Shown piece by piece: positions 10,561 through 19,508 of a stretch of DNA of 64,000 bases. The translations under genes were made by a program, and so were the position numbers. The stretch's first letter is position 1; each line of letters begins with the position of its first letter. The DNA comes from Candidatus Nomurabacteria bacterium (GTDB lineage: Bacteria; Patescibacteriota; Minisyncoccia; Phycocordibacterales; SBAW01). The DNA is taken from the NCBI GenBank assembly GCA_943348815.1, contig CALQYT010000001.1, positions 92,994-156,993 of the forward strand, given 5' to 3'. Under the pieces are notes generated by a model. That model was not told the origin of the DNA and ran no database searches. It saw nothing but the letters and a program-made list of their open reading frames with translations.

Positions 10561-10593
10561 CAAACAAAAAGCCCTACCGGTTGGCGGGGCTTG
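10561..10593 (-). terminator. intrinsic terminator downstream of SBP gene 10745..11845
   Basis: Minus strand reads AAGCCCCGCCAACCGGTAGGGCTT followed by TTTTTGTTT. Confidence 0.55.
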
Positions 10594-10744
10594 AGCAGGT
10601 TGTCTCAGACTTTTCTATAAATCGTATTGGAAACTCACCCCTTACTAGGGTGAACATTATGAGTGCTACCACCAAGGATGTGGTCCACGCCCCCACGCGT
10701 TCGAGAAAAGACATCTTCTCTTTCTCCTGTTGTAGAACTACCCA

Positions 10745-11845
10745 CTACGGCATAACCTCAACCGGTTTGCCGTTTTGGATGCGATAGATTTTTTCGATGC
10801 GTTCTGAAGATTGCGTGCCACCCAGGTCGATTGCGGTGCCCAAACCTTGCACTTTGACTTTGCTCAGCGCGTCGCGTAGCGGAATATTTTCTTTTTGTGC
10901 GATGTCGTGCGCCGCAAGCAAGGTTGTAATGCTGTCATAGCCAAACGAAACAAGCGTCGTTTCGTTGGTGTCCGTGCCAAAACGCTCTTTATATTTCTTT
11001 TTCAACTCATCAGGATTGGTGGCGTAGGTGTTGGCAAAGTACACACCCTCGGCTGCTACACCTGCGCCTTCGATGTCAGAAGATATAAGCGTGTCGGCAG
11101 AGAGGATGGGTTTGGTGTATCCGGCGCGCTTGAGTTGCGGCAAGAAGCTAATATTTTGTGGCGGCACCATGATTAGATAAACGCCATCTGCCTTGCTCTG
11201 ATTTATTTTGGCAATGGTGGTTCGATGGTCAGTTTGGCTGTACTGCTCTTTCTCACGCATCAGCACCACTCCCCCATCTTGTTCAAATTTTTGCTGGAAA
11301 GAGTCGCCAAGCACCAGCGCAAGCGGGTCGATGGTTTCGGCTATGGCAATAGTACGCAACCCAAGTTTGTTGTACGCATAGTCGGCCATCAGAGCACCAT
11401 CTTTTTCGGTAGAAAATCCGATACTAAAAATATAATTGCCTGCATGTTTGAGATACTCGTTGCTGTCCCACGCAACCAAGAGCGGTACTTTTGCCGATTG
11501 AAAGATGGGAGTAATAGGTTTTGCCTCTTCTCCCAACACCGTAAAGACCGCATCGACCTTGTCGGTCGAAACCAATTTGCTGGCAGCGCGCACGCTTTGG
11601 GTTGGGTCAAACGCGTCGTCTTCGGGAATATAGTTGACCATGACTCCCCTGGCTTGCGCTTCCTCGACTGCCAATAGCGCACCGCGGGTCACCTCCTCGC
11701 CCAAAAAGCCGAAGTCTCCGGTCGACGGGAGCACCGAGCCGATAGTAAAAGTATCCGTTGATGGCCCGTTCGCCCCCTTCTCTATATAAAGTCCAATACC
11801 TACTACTAAAATGCCTATGGCAATAACGCCTGCTATCTTTTTCAT
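10745..11845 (-). CDS. LivK-type substrate-binding protein, TM-anchored
   Basis: MKKIAGVIAIGILVVGIGLY; FTIGSVLPSTGDFGFLGEE. Confidence 0.8.
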   Translation of the reverse strand: MKKIAGVIAIGILVVGIGLYIEKGANGPSTDTFTIGSVLPSTGDFGFLGEEVTRGALLAVEEAQARGVMVNYIPEDDAFDPTQSVRAASKLVSTDKVDAVFTVLGEEAKPITPIFQSAKVPLLVAWDSNEYLKHAGNYIFSIGFSTEKDGALMADYAYNKLGLRTIAIAETIDPLALVLGDSFQQKFEQDGGVVLMREKEQYSQTDHRTTIAKINQSKADGVYLIMVPPQNISFLPQLKRAGYTKPILSADTLISSDIEGAGVAAEGVYFANTYATNPDELKKKYKERFGTDTNETTLVSFGYDSITTLLAAHDIAQKENIPLRDALSKVKVQGLGTAIDLGGTQSSERIEKIYRIQNGKPVEVMP

Positions 11846-11988
11846 ACGGCCACACTATGTGCTTGTTGGCAAGTATAGTCAATAGATTTTGACCAAAAAT
11901 AGGCTTATTTTAGAGCTTTTGAGGGCAATTTAGGTAGCGTGTTGTCAGACTCAATTGACAAAGTACATTTTAGCCTTATATTGCAAGG

Positions 11989-12729
11989 ATGGACCCAAAA
12001 GAGGTATTGGCCCGGGTGGGGGTGGCCGGCAAGGAGGGCGAGGTCTACCTCACGCTTATAGAGCTGGGGGAAGCAGCGCCCAAAGTAATAGCCCAAAAAG
12101 CGGGTATCAAGCGCCCCACCGCCTATGCAGTCCTCAGCGCGCTCGAGGCTAAAGGTCTTGCCCAAAAGGTGGTGCGCGATACCAAAGTGTTTTTTGCGCC
12201 GCATCATCCAGCCAAACTTTTGACCGACGCCGAGGTACGCCTGCGGGAGTTGAAGGAAACCATTCCGCAGCTGGAGTCGATGTTCCACAGCAAAGATCCG
12301 CGGCCGCGCGTCGTTATGTATCACGGCAAGCAAGCGCTCGACAAAGCCTATGACGAAATATTTTTGATGGAGGGTGAGGCGGTGGCGCTCAGCAACTCGT
12401 CTTTGGTACAAGAGTTGTTTGGTCGCACGTTGCAAAAACTTACGTACCGCACGTCGGCAAAGTTCCGCACGCGCGAGCTGCTCGACGACAGCGAAGCCGC
12501 GCGGCTGTATGCCGCGCGGCACGCTGGGCCCTATCGCCAAGCTCGCATCATGCCCAAGGAATTTATGCCGTTCGAAACCGACATCGCCGTGTGCGGCAAT
12601 ATCTCGCTCATCACCTCCGGCAAGAAGGAATTATTTACGGTTAAGATTGAGAGCCAAGAGATTGCGAACGCTTTCCACGCGATGTTCGAAGCGATGTGGC
12701 GGATCTCTGCGCCCGCGCTTAAGGAATAA
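11989..12729 (+). CDS. TrmB-like winged-helix transcriptional regulator
   Basis: GKEGEVYLTLIELGEAAPKVIAQKAGIKRPTAYAVLSALEAKGL wHTH; tail ...AMFEAMWRIS. Stop abuts the convergent SBP stop. Confidence 0.8.
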   Translation: MDPKEVLARVGVAGKEGEVYLTLIELGEAAPKVIAQKAGIKRPTAYAVLSALEAKGLAQKVVRDTKVFFAPHHPAKLLTDAEVRLRELKETIPQLESMFHSKDPRPRVVMYHGKQALDKAYDEIFLMEGEAVALSNSSLVQELFGRTLQKLTYRTSAKFRTRELLDDSEAARLYAARHAGPYRQARIMPKEFMPFETDIAVCGNISLITSGKKELFTVKIESQEIANAFHAMFEAMWRISAPALKE

Positions 12730-13917
12730 TTACTCCACCACAAACTGTCCATCATGTATCGTTTTGATTTGATACGTAAGATTGCTCAGTTGATGGGTCT
12801 GGTCGAACGAGAGCGTCTTAGTAACCGTACCAGGCAGCGAGGTAGTCTCCAGTGCTTTGGTAAGGTCGGTACCTGTAAGCCCCTTTTCGCCAAGAGCGAA
12901 TATAAGTATCTGCGCTGCATCATACGCATTGCTTGCACTCGGACCTTGCGGTTCGGTTTGATACTTGGCTACGTACTTTGCTTTAAAGCCGTCGTAGTTG
13001 CCTGAGACATCGGGGTAGGCATAGACCGCGCCTTCCATCCCGCTTGCAAAGTTTTGCAAGAGCGAGGCGTCTTCTATCTGCGAGCTGGTAAACAAACGAG
13101 CGGTAAGGCGCAACTCGTGAGCTTGTTTCATAAACGTGGCTTGCGCGGCCGGCGTCTTGAAGGATACAAACACCGCGTCAGGCTTAAGCGATTTGATCGT
13201 AGCGATCGTAGTTTTGTAATCGCCGTAATCAATAGGCAAGCGGTAATCTTTTAGTACTTCCAAGCCATGTGCGCTCGACTGTTGAGCAAACGTCTCGGCA
13301 ACAATGGCGCCATACGGGTCGTTGTCGTGCACGAGCACAATATTTTTTACTCCAACCTGGTGCATATACGCGCCGAGCGCGCTCATCTCACTCTCGACGG
13401 GGAACCAGGTCGAGAAGATATGCTCCACCGACAATTGGTTATCTACCAATGCCTTGAGTACTGCCGACGGTGCAACTGCAACAACTCCTTGCTTGCTGCT
13501 TAGCTCAAACCCAGCCTGAAAGCTGTCGCCCCAGGTAGGCCCAAGGATCGCCTCGACTTTATCTATACTGATCAACTTTTGTACGGCATTAAAGGTGCCG
13601 TCCGGGTCGCACTGCGTATCTTCGGTTTGAAGATCAACTGCGCGACCACTAATGCCACCGCGAGCGTTTATTTCGTCGATCGCAAGTTTGTACGACTTCA
13701 ACTCGCCCTCGCCCCACTCGGCACAGTCGCCACTAAGCCCGACCGCTGCGCCGATTTTTATCACGCCACTATTCTGATGATTCTGAGAAAACAAAACACC
13801 AAGCCCAAGCACGAGCAGAATGAGTATCCCGCCAAAAACAAGTTCCTTTTTCATAGGTTTATCGATAAGCGAATAACCCGTCAGTAGTGAGTATTTATAC
13901 GGAGAAAGCCCCTCCAA
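12730..13917 (-). CDS. LivK-type substrate-binding protein, TM-anchored (start probably MKKELVF)
   Basis: TM helix, IKIGAAVGLSGDCAEWGEGE, AILGPTWGDS. Confidence 0.8.
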   Translation of the reverse strand: MEGLSPYKYSLLTGYSLIDKPMKKELVFGGILILLVLGLGVLFSQNHQNSGVIKIGAAVGLSGDCAEWGEGELKSYKLAIDEINARGGISGRAVDLQTEDTQCDPDGTFNAVQKLISIDKVEAILGPTWGDSFQAGFELSSKQGVVAVAPSAVLKALVDNQLSVEHIFSTWFPVESEMSALGAYMHQVGVKNIVLVHDNDPYGAIVAETFAQQSSAHGLEVLKDYRLPIDYGDYKTTIATIKSLKPDAVFVSFKTPAAQATFMKQAHELRLTARLFTSSQIEDASLLQNFASGMEGAVYAYPDVSGNYDGFKAKYVAKYQTEPQGPSASNAYDAAQILIFALGEKGLTGTDLTKALETTSLPGTVTKTLSFDQTHQLSNLTYQIKTIHDGQFVVE

Positions 13918-14020
13918 AAATCCTCCTCCCTGCGGAGAAAGTTTTTTAGAGAGGCTTTACTGATCCTCTTACCCCCTATTATACTCCCCTATTAGGTTTT
14001 GTCAAGCCCCCTACTCCACC

Positions 14021-14075
14021 ACCACAACCGATGTTTGAGGCGATGTGGATGATTAGCAAGCCGGTTGAGACTACT
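14021..14075 (+). pseudogene. vestigial 3' end of a TrmB-like regulator gene (encodes ...PMFEAMWMISKPVETTQP*)
   Basis: Nucleotide and peptide similarity to the last about 50 nt of the 11989..12729 gene (HAMFEAMWRISAPALKE*), in the same stop-to-stop position relative to the following SBP gene. Confidence 0.5.
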
Positions 14076-15198
14076 CAACCGTGACGAACTGATTATCTTT
14101 TATGGTTTTTATTTCGAACTCAGCGCCACTAATTTGACCATTTGAATTAAAACTCAAATCTTCCACTCCAACACCAGGAGTATGTACTTTATTAAGGGCG
14201 GCTTTTAATTGCTCTCCCGTCGTTGCTCCGGTGTTGAGTGCCGCGAGGAGCATGAGCGCAGCATTATAGCCGGCCACTACTGAAGGCCCTGCAGGAGCTT
14301 GCCCGTATCTTTGTTTGAAGGCTTGAGCGAAGCTCTGGTAACTAGCGGTTTGGGATATATGAGGGAAGGAGTAAACCATTCCATCAAAAAAGTGCGGAAA
14401 TTTTTGTAGATTCTCTGGATTTTCAACACTGGTGACGCCAAACAGAAGGGTCTTTACCCCCAGATCTTTTAATTGCTGATTAAACGGTCCGATGGAAGAA
14501 GTGTCTTGTAAGTTAACAAATACCGCTTGCGGTTGGAGACTTTTAAGTTTAGTAATCAATGTGCGGAAGTCAGTCGTCCCGATAGGTACTTCTTCGTGAG
14601 AAACAACCGTCAGCCCTTTTGCAGTTGCGGTCGCTATAAAAATCTCTGTAGCTTTTTTGTTGAAAGCATCGAGGTCGGTTACGGTCGCAACGCGCGTTAG
14701 ATTATGGTTGAGTAGGTACTGAACCAGGGCGGCTGTCTCTGGTTGTTGGGGTAACCACGTTGAAAAAAGATAATCAAGTTTGCTTTTATTTTCTATAGTT
14801 TCCATCGCTCCAGATGGAGTGATGATGGGCACGTGCTTTTGCTGCGTAAGCGGGTAGGCACCCTGGAAGCTATCACCCCAGGTAGGGCCAATGATAGCTA
14901 GCACATGATCGACATTTACCAATTTTGTTATTGCGTTGACTGTACCTTCCCCGGTTGATTTTGTGTCTTCAGTGATAACTTGAACCTGGAGAGCGCCTTT
15001 CGCGTTGAATTCTTCCACGGCGAGCTGGATTGCTTCTCGTTCCCCTTCTCCCCATGCAGAGCCGTATCCAGTAAGTCCCAAAGCGGCTCCTATTTTGATT
15101 GCCCCGCTAGTGTTCAGGCTATGTTTTTGATAAGCGTATATGCCTACGCCTATCACCACTAGCACTCCTAGGCCGATCCACCAAGCAGCTTTATTCAT
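14071..15198 (-). CDS. LivK-type substrate-binding protein, TM-anchored
   Basis: MNKAAWWIGLGVLVVIGVGIYAY; IKIGAALGLTGYGSAWGEGE; AIIGPTWGDS. Close paralog of 12730..13917. Confidence 0.8.
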   Translation of the reverse strand: MNKAAWWIGLGVLVVIGVGIYAYQKHSLNTSGAIKIGAALGLTGYGSAWGEGEREAIQLAVEEFNAKGALQVQVITEDTKSTGEGTVNAITKLVNVDHVLAIIGPTWGDSFQGAYPLTQQKHVPIITPSGAMETIENKSKLDYLFSTWLPQQPETAALVQYLLNHNLTRVATVTDLDAFNKKATEIFIATATAKGLTVVSHEEVPIGTTDFRTLITKLKSLQPQAVFVNLQDTSSIGPFNQQLKDLGVKTLLFGVTSVENPENLQKFPHFFDGMVYSFPHISQTASYQSFAQAFKQRYGQAPAGPSVVAGYNAALMLLAALNTGATTGEQLKAALNKVHTPGVGVEDLSFNSNGQISGAEFEIKTIKDNQFVTVE

Positions 15199-15239
15199 GC
15201 CGCAAGAATAACACTCAGTTATAGTGAGAGCAATCGTAT

Positions 15240-16364
15240 TTATTTAACCGGAACTGAAATAAAGTTTTGAATTTTTGCGATCGACGGCTGCACGTTGGTG
15301 ATGTCAGCGTCGTTGGCGTCGAAACGATACGTACCCAAGATGCCGGTAAAGGCTTTAGGCATATGGTGGAGATAGTCTTTGAGTTTGGTCGGATCATCAC
15401 CCACCGCAAGGAGTGCATCTTTAAGAATATAAATTGCGTCGTAGCGAGAACCCACCGGCCACTCCATATCTGGTTGTTCGTAGCGGTGTATATACGCGGC
15501 AAAGACTTTTTGTTTGAGCGGACTTTCGACAAAGACCGGATCCGAAACATAAACCATACCTTGGGCTTGGGTAGAAAGTTGTACGTCTCTGCTCCCACCG
15601 AAGAAGTTGCCAACCAGTGGTCCTTGGTAACCTTGATCGCTCAATTGTTTTAGTATCGCAAGCCCCGTATCGCGTCCGTTGGGGTTGAGTACTACCACAT
15701 CGGGCTTGCTTGCTAGTAGTTTGGTGATTTGCGTGCGCATATCACGAGTCCCTTGCTCAAAAATTTCTTGAGCGACCACTGCGCCCCCACCTGCGGGTAC
15801 GTCTTGTACAAAAAAATGCTCAAGGTCAGAGGCGAACGCGCTGTGCTCGGTAATAATTGCAACCCGTTTGCCTTTTTTAAGCGCTTGGGTAGCCATAGCT
15901 TGTGCCATGTCGATATTGCTATAGGAGTTGCGGAAAATATAATCACCCGCATGGGTGATTGTGGATGCTGAAGCATATGAGGTCCATGCGATAACCTTGT
16001 GCGCTTGAGCGTACGGAGCAATAGATTGCATTTCTTGTGAGCAGGAGACGAACAAAATTTTTATCCCATCGACTTCTACGAGTTTTTTGGCGGCAGAAAG
16101 CCCGGTTGTGCCCTCGCAACGTCCGTCTTCGTACGCAACTTCGATACGTCGGCCGTTTATACCACCCGCAGTGTTGACCTCATCGACGGCGAGTTCCATG
16201 ACATTCTTTTCTATCACTCCCCACGCGGCACCATCTCCTGACAGGGGGCCGATAAGTCCGATTTTTATGGGAGCAACGGGGGTGGTTGGCGTTTGATGCA
16301 GTATGCTCACGACTGCTACAACCCCGGCTATAAGGAGTGCCCCGACAACATATTTGGTATTCAT
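15240..16364 (-). CDS. LivK-type substrate-binding protein, TM-anchored
   Basis: IKIGLIGPLSGDGAAWG; GGINGRRIEVAYEDGRCEG; LFVSCS. Confidence 0.8.
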   Translation of the reverse strand: MNTKYVVGALLIAGVVAVVSILHQTPTTPVAPIKIGLIGPLSGDGAAWGVIEKNVMELAVDEVNTAGGINGRRIEVAYEDGRCEGTTGLSAAKKLVEVDGIKILFVSCSQEMQSIAPYAQAHKVIAWTSYASASTITHAGDYIFRNSYSNIDMAQAMATQALKKGKRVAIITEHSAFASDLEHFFVQDVPAGGGAVVAQEIFEQGTRDMRTQITKLLASKPDVVVLNPNGRDTGLAILKQLSDQGYQGPLVGNFFGGSRDVQLSTQAQGMVYVSDPVFVESPLKQKVFAAYIHRYEQPDMEWPVGSRYDAIYILKDALLAVGDDPTKLKDYLHHMPKAFTGILGTYRFDANDADITNVQPSIAKIQNFISVPVK

Positions 16365-16479
16365 GAATTAACACATTAATCTAACCTGTCAATTGCTCAA
16401 GCATACTTTTGTAACAAAAATAATCTATAAATAGACTTAAAAACTAAAACTGTACACTTTTTTGTGATACAGTTTAGAA

Positions 16480-17229
16480 ATGCAGAAAGAACTCCAGCTG
16501 TTGGGTCTGACTGAGACAGAGGCTGAGGTCTACGAAGCTCTGGTAAACCATGGTCCCTGTAAGGCGGGGGTTTTGATCAATAAATTGAACCTGCACCGCA
16601 CACTCGTCTATCGGGCGCTCGATTCCCTAGTCGCAAACGGCCATGTAACCAAAATAGTGCGCAATGGGGTGTGGCATTTTCAGATTTCGGATCCCGAAAA
16701 CTTCTTGATCAGTATGAATCGGCAAGAAACGGTCTTGGGGGAACTGACCAAACTTATTGCCGAGCGTCAGCACCGAGCCAGTTCGCAAATTGTCGTGTAC
16801 GAGGGACTTGCGAGCTACAAAAATTATTGGCTGCGTTCACTGGAGCGTTTGCCCGATGGCACCGTCGACTATATCGCCGGCGGCGAGATTGAAGTGTGGA
16901 CCAAACTGATGGGTAAACGCAAAGAAGAATATTTACGCCGGGTGCGACAAAAGAAAATGAGCTGGAAAAGTCTCTACCTCGATCCTCTGAGCGCGCACGA
17001 ACTAGCGTTGCTTAAAGAAGCGCGGGTACAAACCGAGTGTCGGGTGTGGGAGCCGGCTGACCCAAAGTTTTTTGGTAACTTTAATGTACTTGGGGACACC
17101 GTGATTTTGCAAACACCGGGTGAAAAAATGCCCCGCGTCATCGAGATGCGCGATGAGGCGCTCGTAAGAATGTTTCAGTCTTTGTTTGATCTGATGTGGG
17201 AGAAGGCAAAGCCGGTGGACCTTACGTGA
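16480..17229 (+). CDS. TrmB-like winged-helix transcriptional regulator
   Basis: LGLTETEAEVYEALVNHGPCKAGVLINKLNLHRTLVYRALDSLVANGHV; tail SLFDLMWEKA. Stop abuts the livM stop. Confidence 0.8.
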   Translation: MQKELQLLGLTETEAEVYEALVNHGPCKAGVLINKLNLHRTLVYRALDSLVANGHVTKIVRNGVWHFQISDPENFLISMNRQETVLGELTKLIAERQHRASSQIVVYEGLASYKNYWLRSLERLPDGTVDYIAGGEIEVWTKLMGKRKEEYLRRVRQKKMSWKSLYLDPLSAHELALLKEARVQTECRVWEPADPKFFGNFNVLGDTVILQTPGEKMPRVIEMRDEALVRMFQSLFDLMWEKAKPVDLT

Positions 17230-18102
17230 TCACATGCGGAAGGTTCCCATCAAGCCTTGCGGGCGGTAGAGCATAAGGAGAATGAGGATCAGGCCATAAA
17301 CCATCTGGCGCATTTGGGCGGCGACGTCTGGGGGGAAGCCGACGAAACGCAGCGCCTCGGGGAGCACGATGAGAAAGAGTGCGCCCATTACGGCTCCACG
17401 GCTAGAGCCAAGGCCGCCGAGAATTACAATCGAGAGCAAGAAGATCGATTCGTTGAGCGAGAAGGACGACGGATCGATAAAGGTGATGTACGAGGCAAAT
17501 AGTGCACCCGCTATGGCCGCAAGTGATGCGGAGATAACAAACGTAACCAATTTGTAATACGACGTAGCGTAGCCAAAAACTGATATTGCTTCTTCGTCTT
17601 CGCGCAGCGCCTTGAGTACGCGACCAAAAGATGATTTGGTAATAAAGGTTGAGATCCCATACACGAGCGCTAAAAATACGGCTGCAAGAATAAGAAAAGT
17701 AAGATTTTCGGAAAAAGTAAATCCAAACAGTGCGGGGCGTGCGATACCCGGGATGCCCAAGGGGCCGTGCGTTACATCTTGCCAGTTGAGCATGATGCTC
17801 CAAACAATGACGTTGAAACCAAACGAGCCAAGGGCGTAGAAGTCGCCCCTAAAGCGCGAAAGCACGAGGCCGATCAGCAAAGATCCAAACGCGGAAATGA
17901 TGATACCCCCCAGCAGCGCCAAAAAGAAGTTAATGTCGTAGTTGGTAATAAGTAGCGCTGCGCCGTACGCTCCCATACCGTAGAAAGCCGCCTGCGTGAC
18001 ATTAAGCAACCCCGCCTCCCCTATCACCAAGTTGAGCGAGAGGCCCAAGATGCCGTAGATGCAGACAAGGATCGCGATATGTATTAGGTATTCCATAATC
18101 AA
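17230..18102 (-). CDS. livM: branched-chain amino acid ABC transporter permease LivM (ORF track start is TTG; ATG MEYLIHIA about 6 nt inside)
   Basis: Multi-TM permease with the LivM-type conserved block ...VGFPPDVAAQ...RPQGL. Confidence 0.8.
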   Translation of the reverse strand: MIMEYLIHIAILVCIYGILGLSLNLVIGEAGLLNVTQAAFYGMGAYGAALLITNYDINFFLALLGGIIISAFGSLLIGLVLSRFRGDFYALGSFGFNVIVWSIMLNWQDVTHGPLGIPGIARPALFGFTFSENLTFLILAAVFLALVYGISTFITKSSFGRVLKALREDEEAISVFGYATSYYKLVTFVISASLAAIAGALFASYITFIDPSSFSLNESIFLLSIVILGGLGSSRGAVMGALFLIVLPEALRFVGFPPDVAAQMRQMVYGLILILLMLYRPQGLMGTFRM

Positions 18103-18104
18103 TT

Positions 18105-18135
18105 AAGCACGAAGCACGAAGTTCGAAATCCGAAA
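18105..18135. repeat. left inverted-repeat arm flanking the four-helix-bundle gene cassette
   Basis: AAGCACGAAGCACGAAGTTCGAAATCCGAAA. Its reverse complement matches the right arm (TTTCGGATTTCG.., GTGCTTCG) plus an AAATTTTAAA/TTTAAAATTT pair. Confidence 0.6.
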
Positions 18136-18169
18136 CAATTTCTAAGCACCAAATTTAAAATTTTAAACG

Positions 18170-18541
18170 TCATACTTCAGACTTTCTCATTATGGCACTC
18201 AATATCATCATAAGCTCGGTCGCTTCTTGTAAGAGTTTTTTCCGAGTATGGTCTAATTCCTCTACTGTGCCCGTGTCTAAAAGATCAAGCCAGTACTTGC
18301 TTTCTTTGGCTTCTTTTCGGGCAATACGTACCCTGAGTAAAAAATCTTTTTTGCTCAATGATTCGTTCGCTTCTATATAGTTTGCGCCGACCGATCCTGA
18401 TGACCTAACGAGCTGTTTTGTATCTTCAAAGTTTGCTTGATTTTTTGGAAGCTCTTTCACAAACGAGCGTACTTCCCTTGCAAAGGCGCGCGTCCTGTCT
18501 TCCAAATCGTATTGTTTTTTAATTGGTGCTTTTGTTTCCAT
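18170..18541 (-). CDS. four-helix-bundle protein of the 23S rRNA intervening-sequence protein family (PF05635/TIGR02436-like)
   Basis: SGSVGANYIEANES and FLLRVRIARKEAKESKYWLDLL match the family's hallmark helices. 123 aa. Confidence 0.7.
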   Translation of the reverse strand: METKAPIKKQYDLEDRTRAFAREVRSFVKELPKNQANFEDTKQLVRSSGSVGANYIEANESLSKKDFLLRVRIARKEAKESKYWLDLLDTGTVEELDHTRKKLLQEATELMMILSAIMRKSEV

Positions 18542-18550
18542 TTAAAATTT

Positions 18551-18580
18551 ATTTCGGATTTCGTGCTTCGGATTTCGAAT
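18551..18580. repeat. right inverted-repeat arm flanking the four-helix-bundle gene cassette
   Basis: ATTTCGGATTTCGTGCTTCGGATTTCGAAT immediately after the livH stop. Pairs with 18105..18135. Confidence 0.6.
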
Positions 18581-19447
18581 TTACTTCCCAAGTATCCCTT
18601 TCGGACGAAAGAGGAGGAACAAAATGAGTACGAGGAAAGCTATCGCATCCTTCCACTCGCCACTAAATTGCCAAGCGCCCAAGTTCTCTACTAGCGCCAA
18701 GACAAACGCGCCGATGACACCACCCCACACGTTGCCTATGCCGCCGATGATTGCGGCGATGACGCCTTTAAGCAGGAGTGCCAAGCCCATCGTTGGTTGA
18801 ATGCCAGTGTCGAACCCAACCGATATGCCCGCAAGCCCCCCTATCATTGAGCCTACAAAAAACACGCCGCCCATTATGCGTTGCGCGTTGATACCCACAA
18901 TAGTTGCTACCTCTTCGTCGTCGGCAACAGCGCGTACTGCTTTGCCGACGCGCGTGTATTTAAGCACCACACCAAGCAACACCATGATGATCAGCCCGGC
19001 GGCGAGTATGAGCACCTGCGTTTGGGTAATCACGCCGCCCAGGATGGTGTAGGTTTGTTGCTCGGCAACGTAGCGTGAGAGAGTTTGGAATTGACTCGTG
19101 AAAAGTATCGCGATGCCTGCTTGAATAACGGTTAGCACCCCAAGCGCGGCTACCAATAGTACGGTGTTAGAGGCCTTGCGCGCACGCAGCGGGCGGTATA
19201 CTAGCTCGCTCACACCCCATCCCAAGATGCCCGCCATAATCATCCCAAAAATAATCGAGGGTATGAGTGGCAGACCCAATATTTTGTAGAGAAAAAACAC
19301 CGAATAACCGCCGACGGCGGTGAGTGCCCCGTACCCGAGGTCAAAAAACCGCGCGGTGGAGTAGATGAGATTAAACCCAAGCGCCAAGAGCGAGTAGATG
19401 GCGCCGGCAATAACGGCGTTCAGTAATATTTGGACTACGATGTCCAC
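18581..19447 (-). CDS. livH: branched-chain amino acid ABC transporter permease LivH
   Basis: LivH-type permease; 8 or more TM segments; conserved ...LGYGALTAVGGY...GIQPTMG... blocks. Confidence 0.8.
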   Translation of the reverse strand: MDIVVQILLNAVIAGAIYSLLALGFNLIYSTARFFDLGYGALTAVGGYSVFFLYKILGLPLIPSIIFGMIMAGILGWGVSELVYRPLRARKASNTVLLVAALGVLTVIQAGIAILFTSQFQTLSRYVAEQQTYTILGGVITQTQVLILAAGLIIMVLLGVVLKYTRVGKAVRAVADDEEVATIVGINAQRIMGGVFFVGSMIGGLAGISVGFDTGIQPTMGLALLLKGVIAAIIGGIGNVWGGVIGAFVLALVENLGAWQFSGEWKDAIAFLVLILFLLFRPKGILGK

Positions 19448-19460
19448 GGCTCTCAGTATA

Positions 19461-19495
19461 ACGCAAAACGCCCCAGCAAAAGCCGGGGCGTTTTG
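19461..19495 (-). terminator. hairpin terminator between SBP gene 19509..20660 and livH
   Basis: AAACGCCCC-N10-GGGGCGTTTT; the minus strand reads a stem followed by TTTTGCGTT. Confidence 0.5.
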
Positions 19496-19508
19496 AGGGA
19501 GATTTTTG

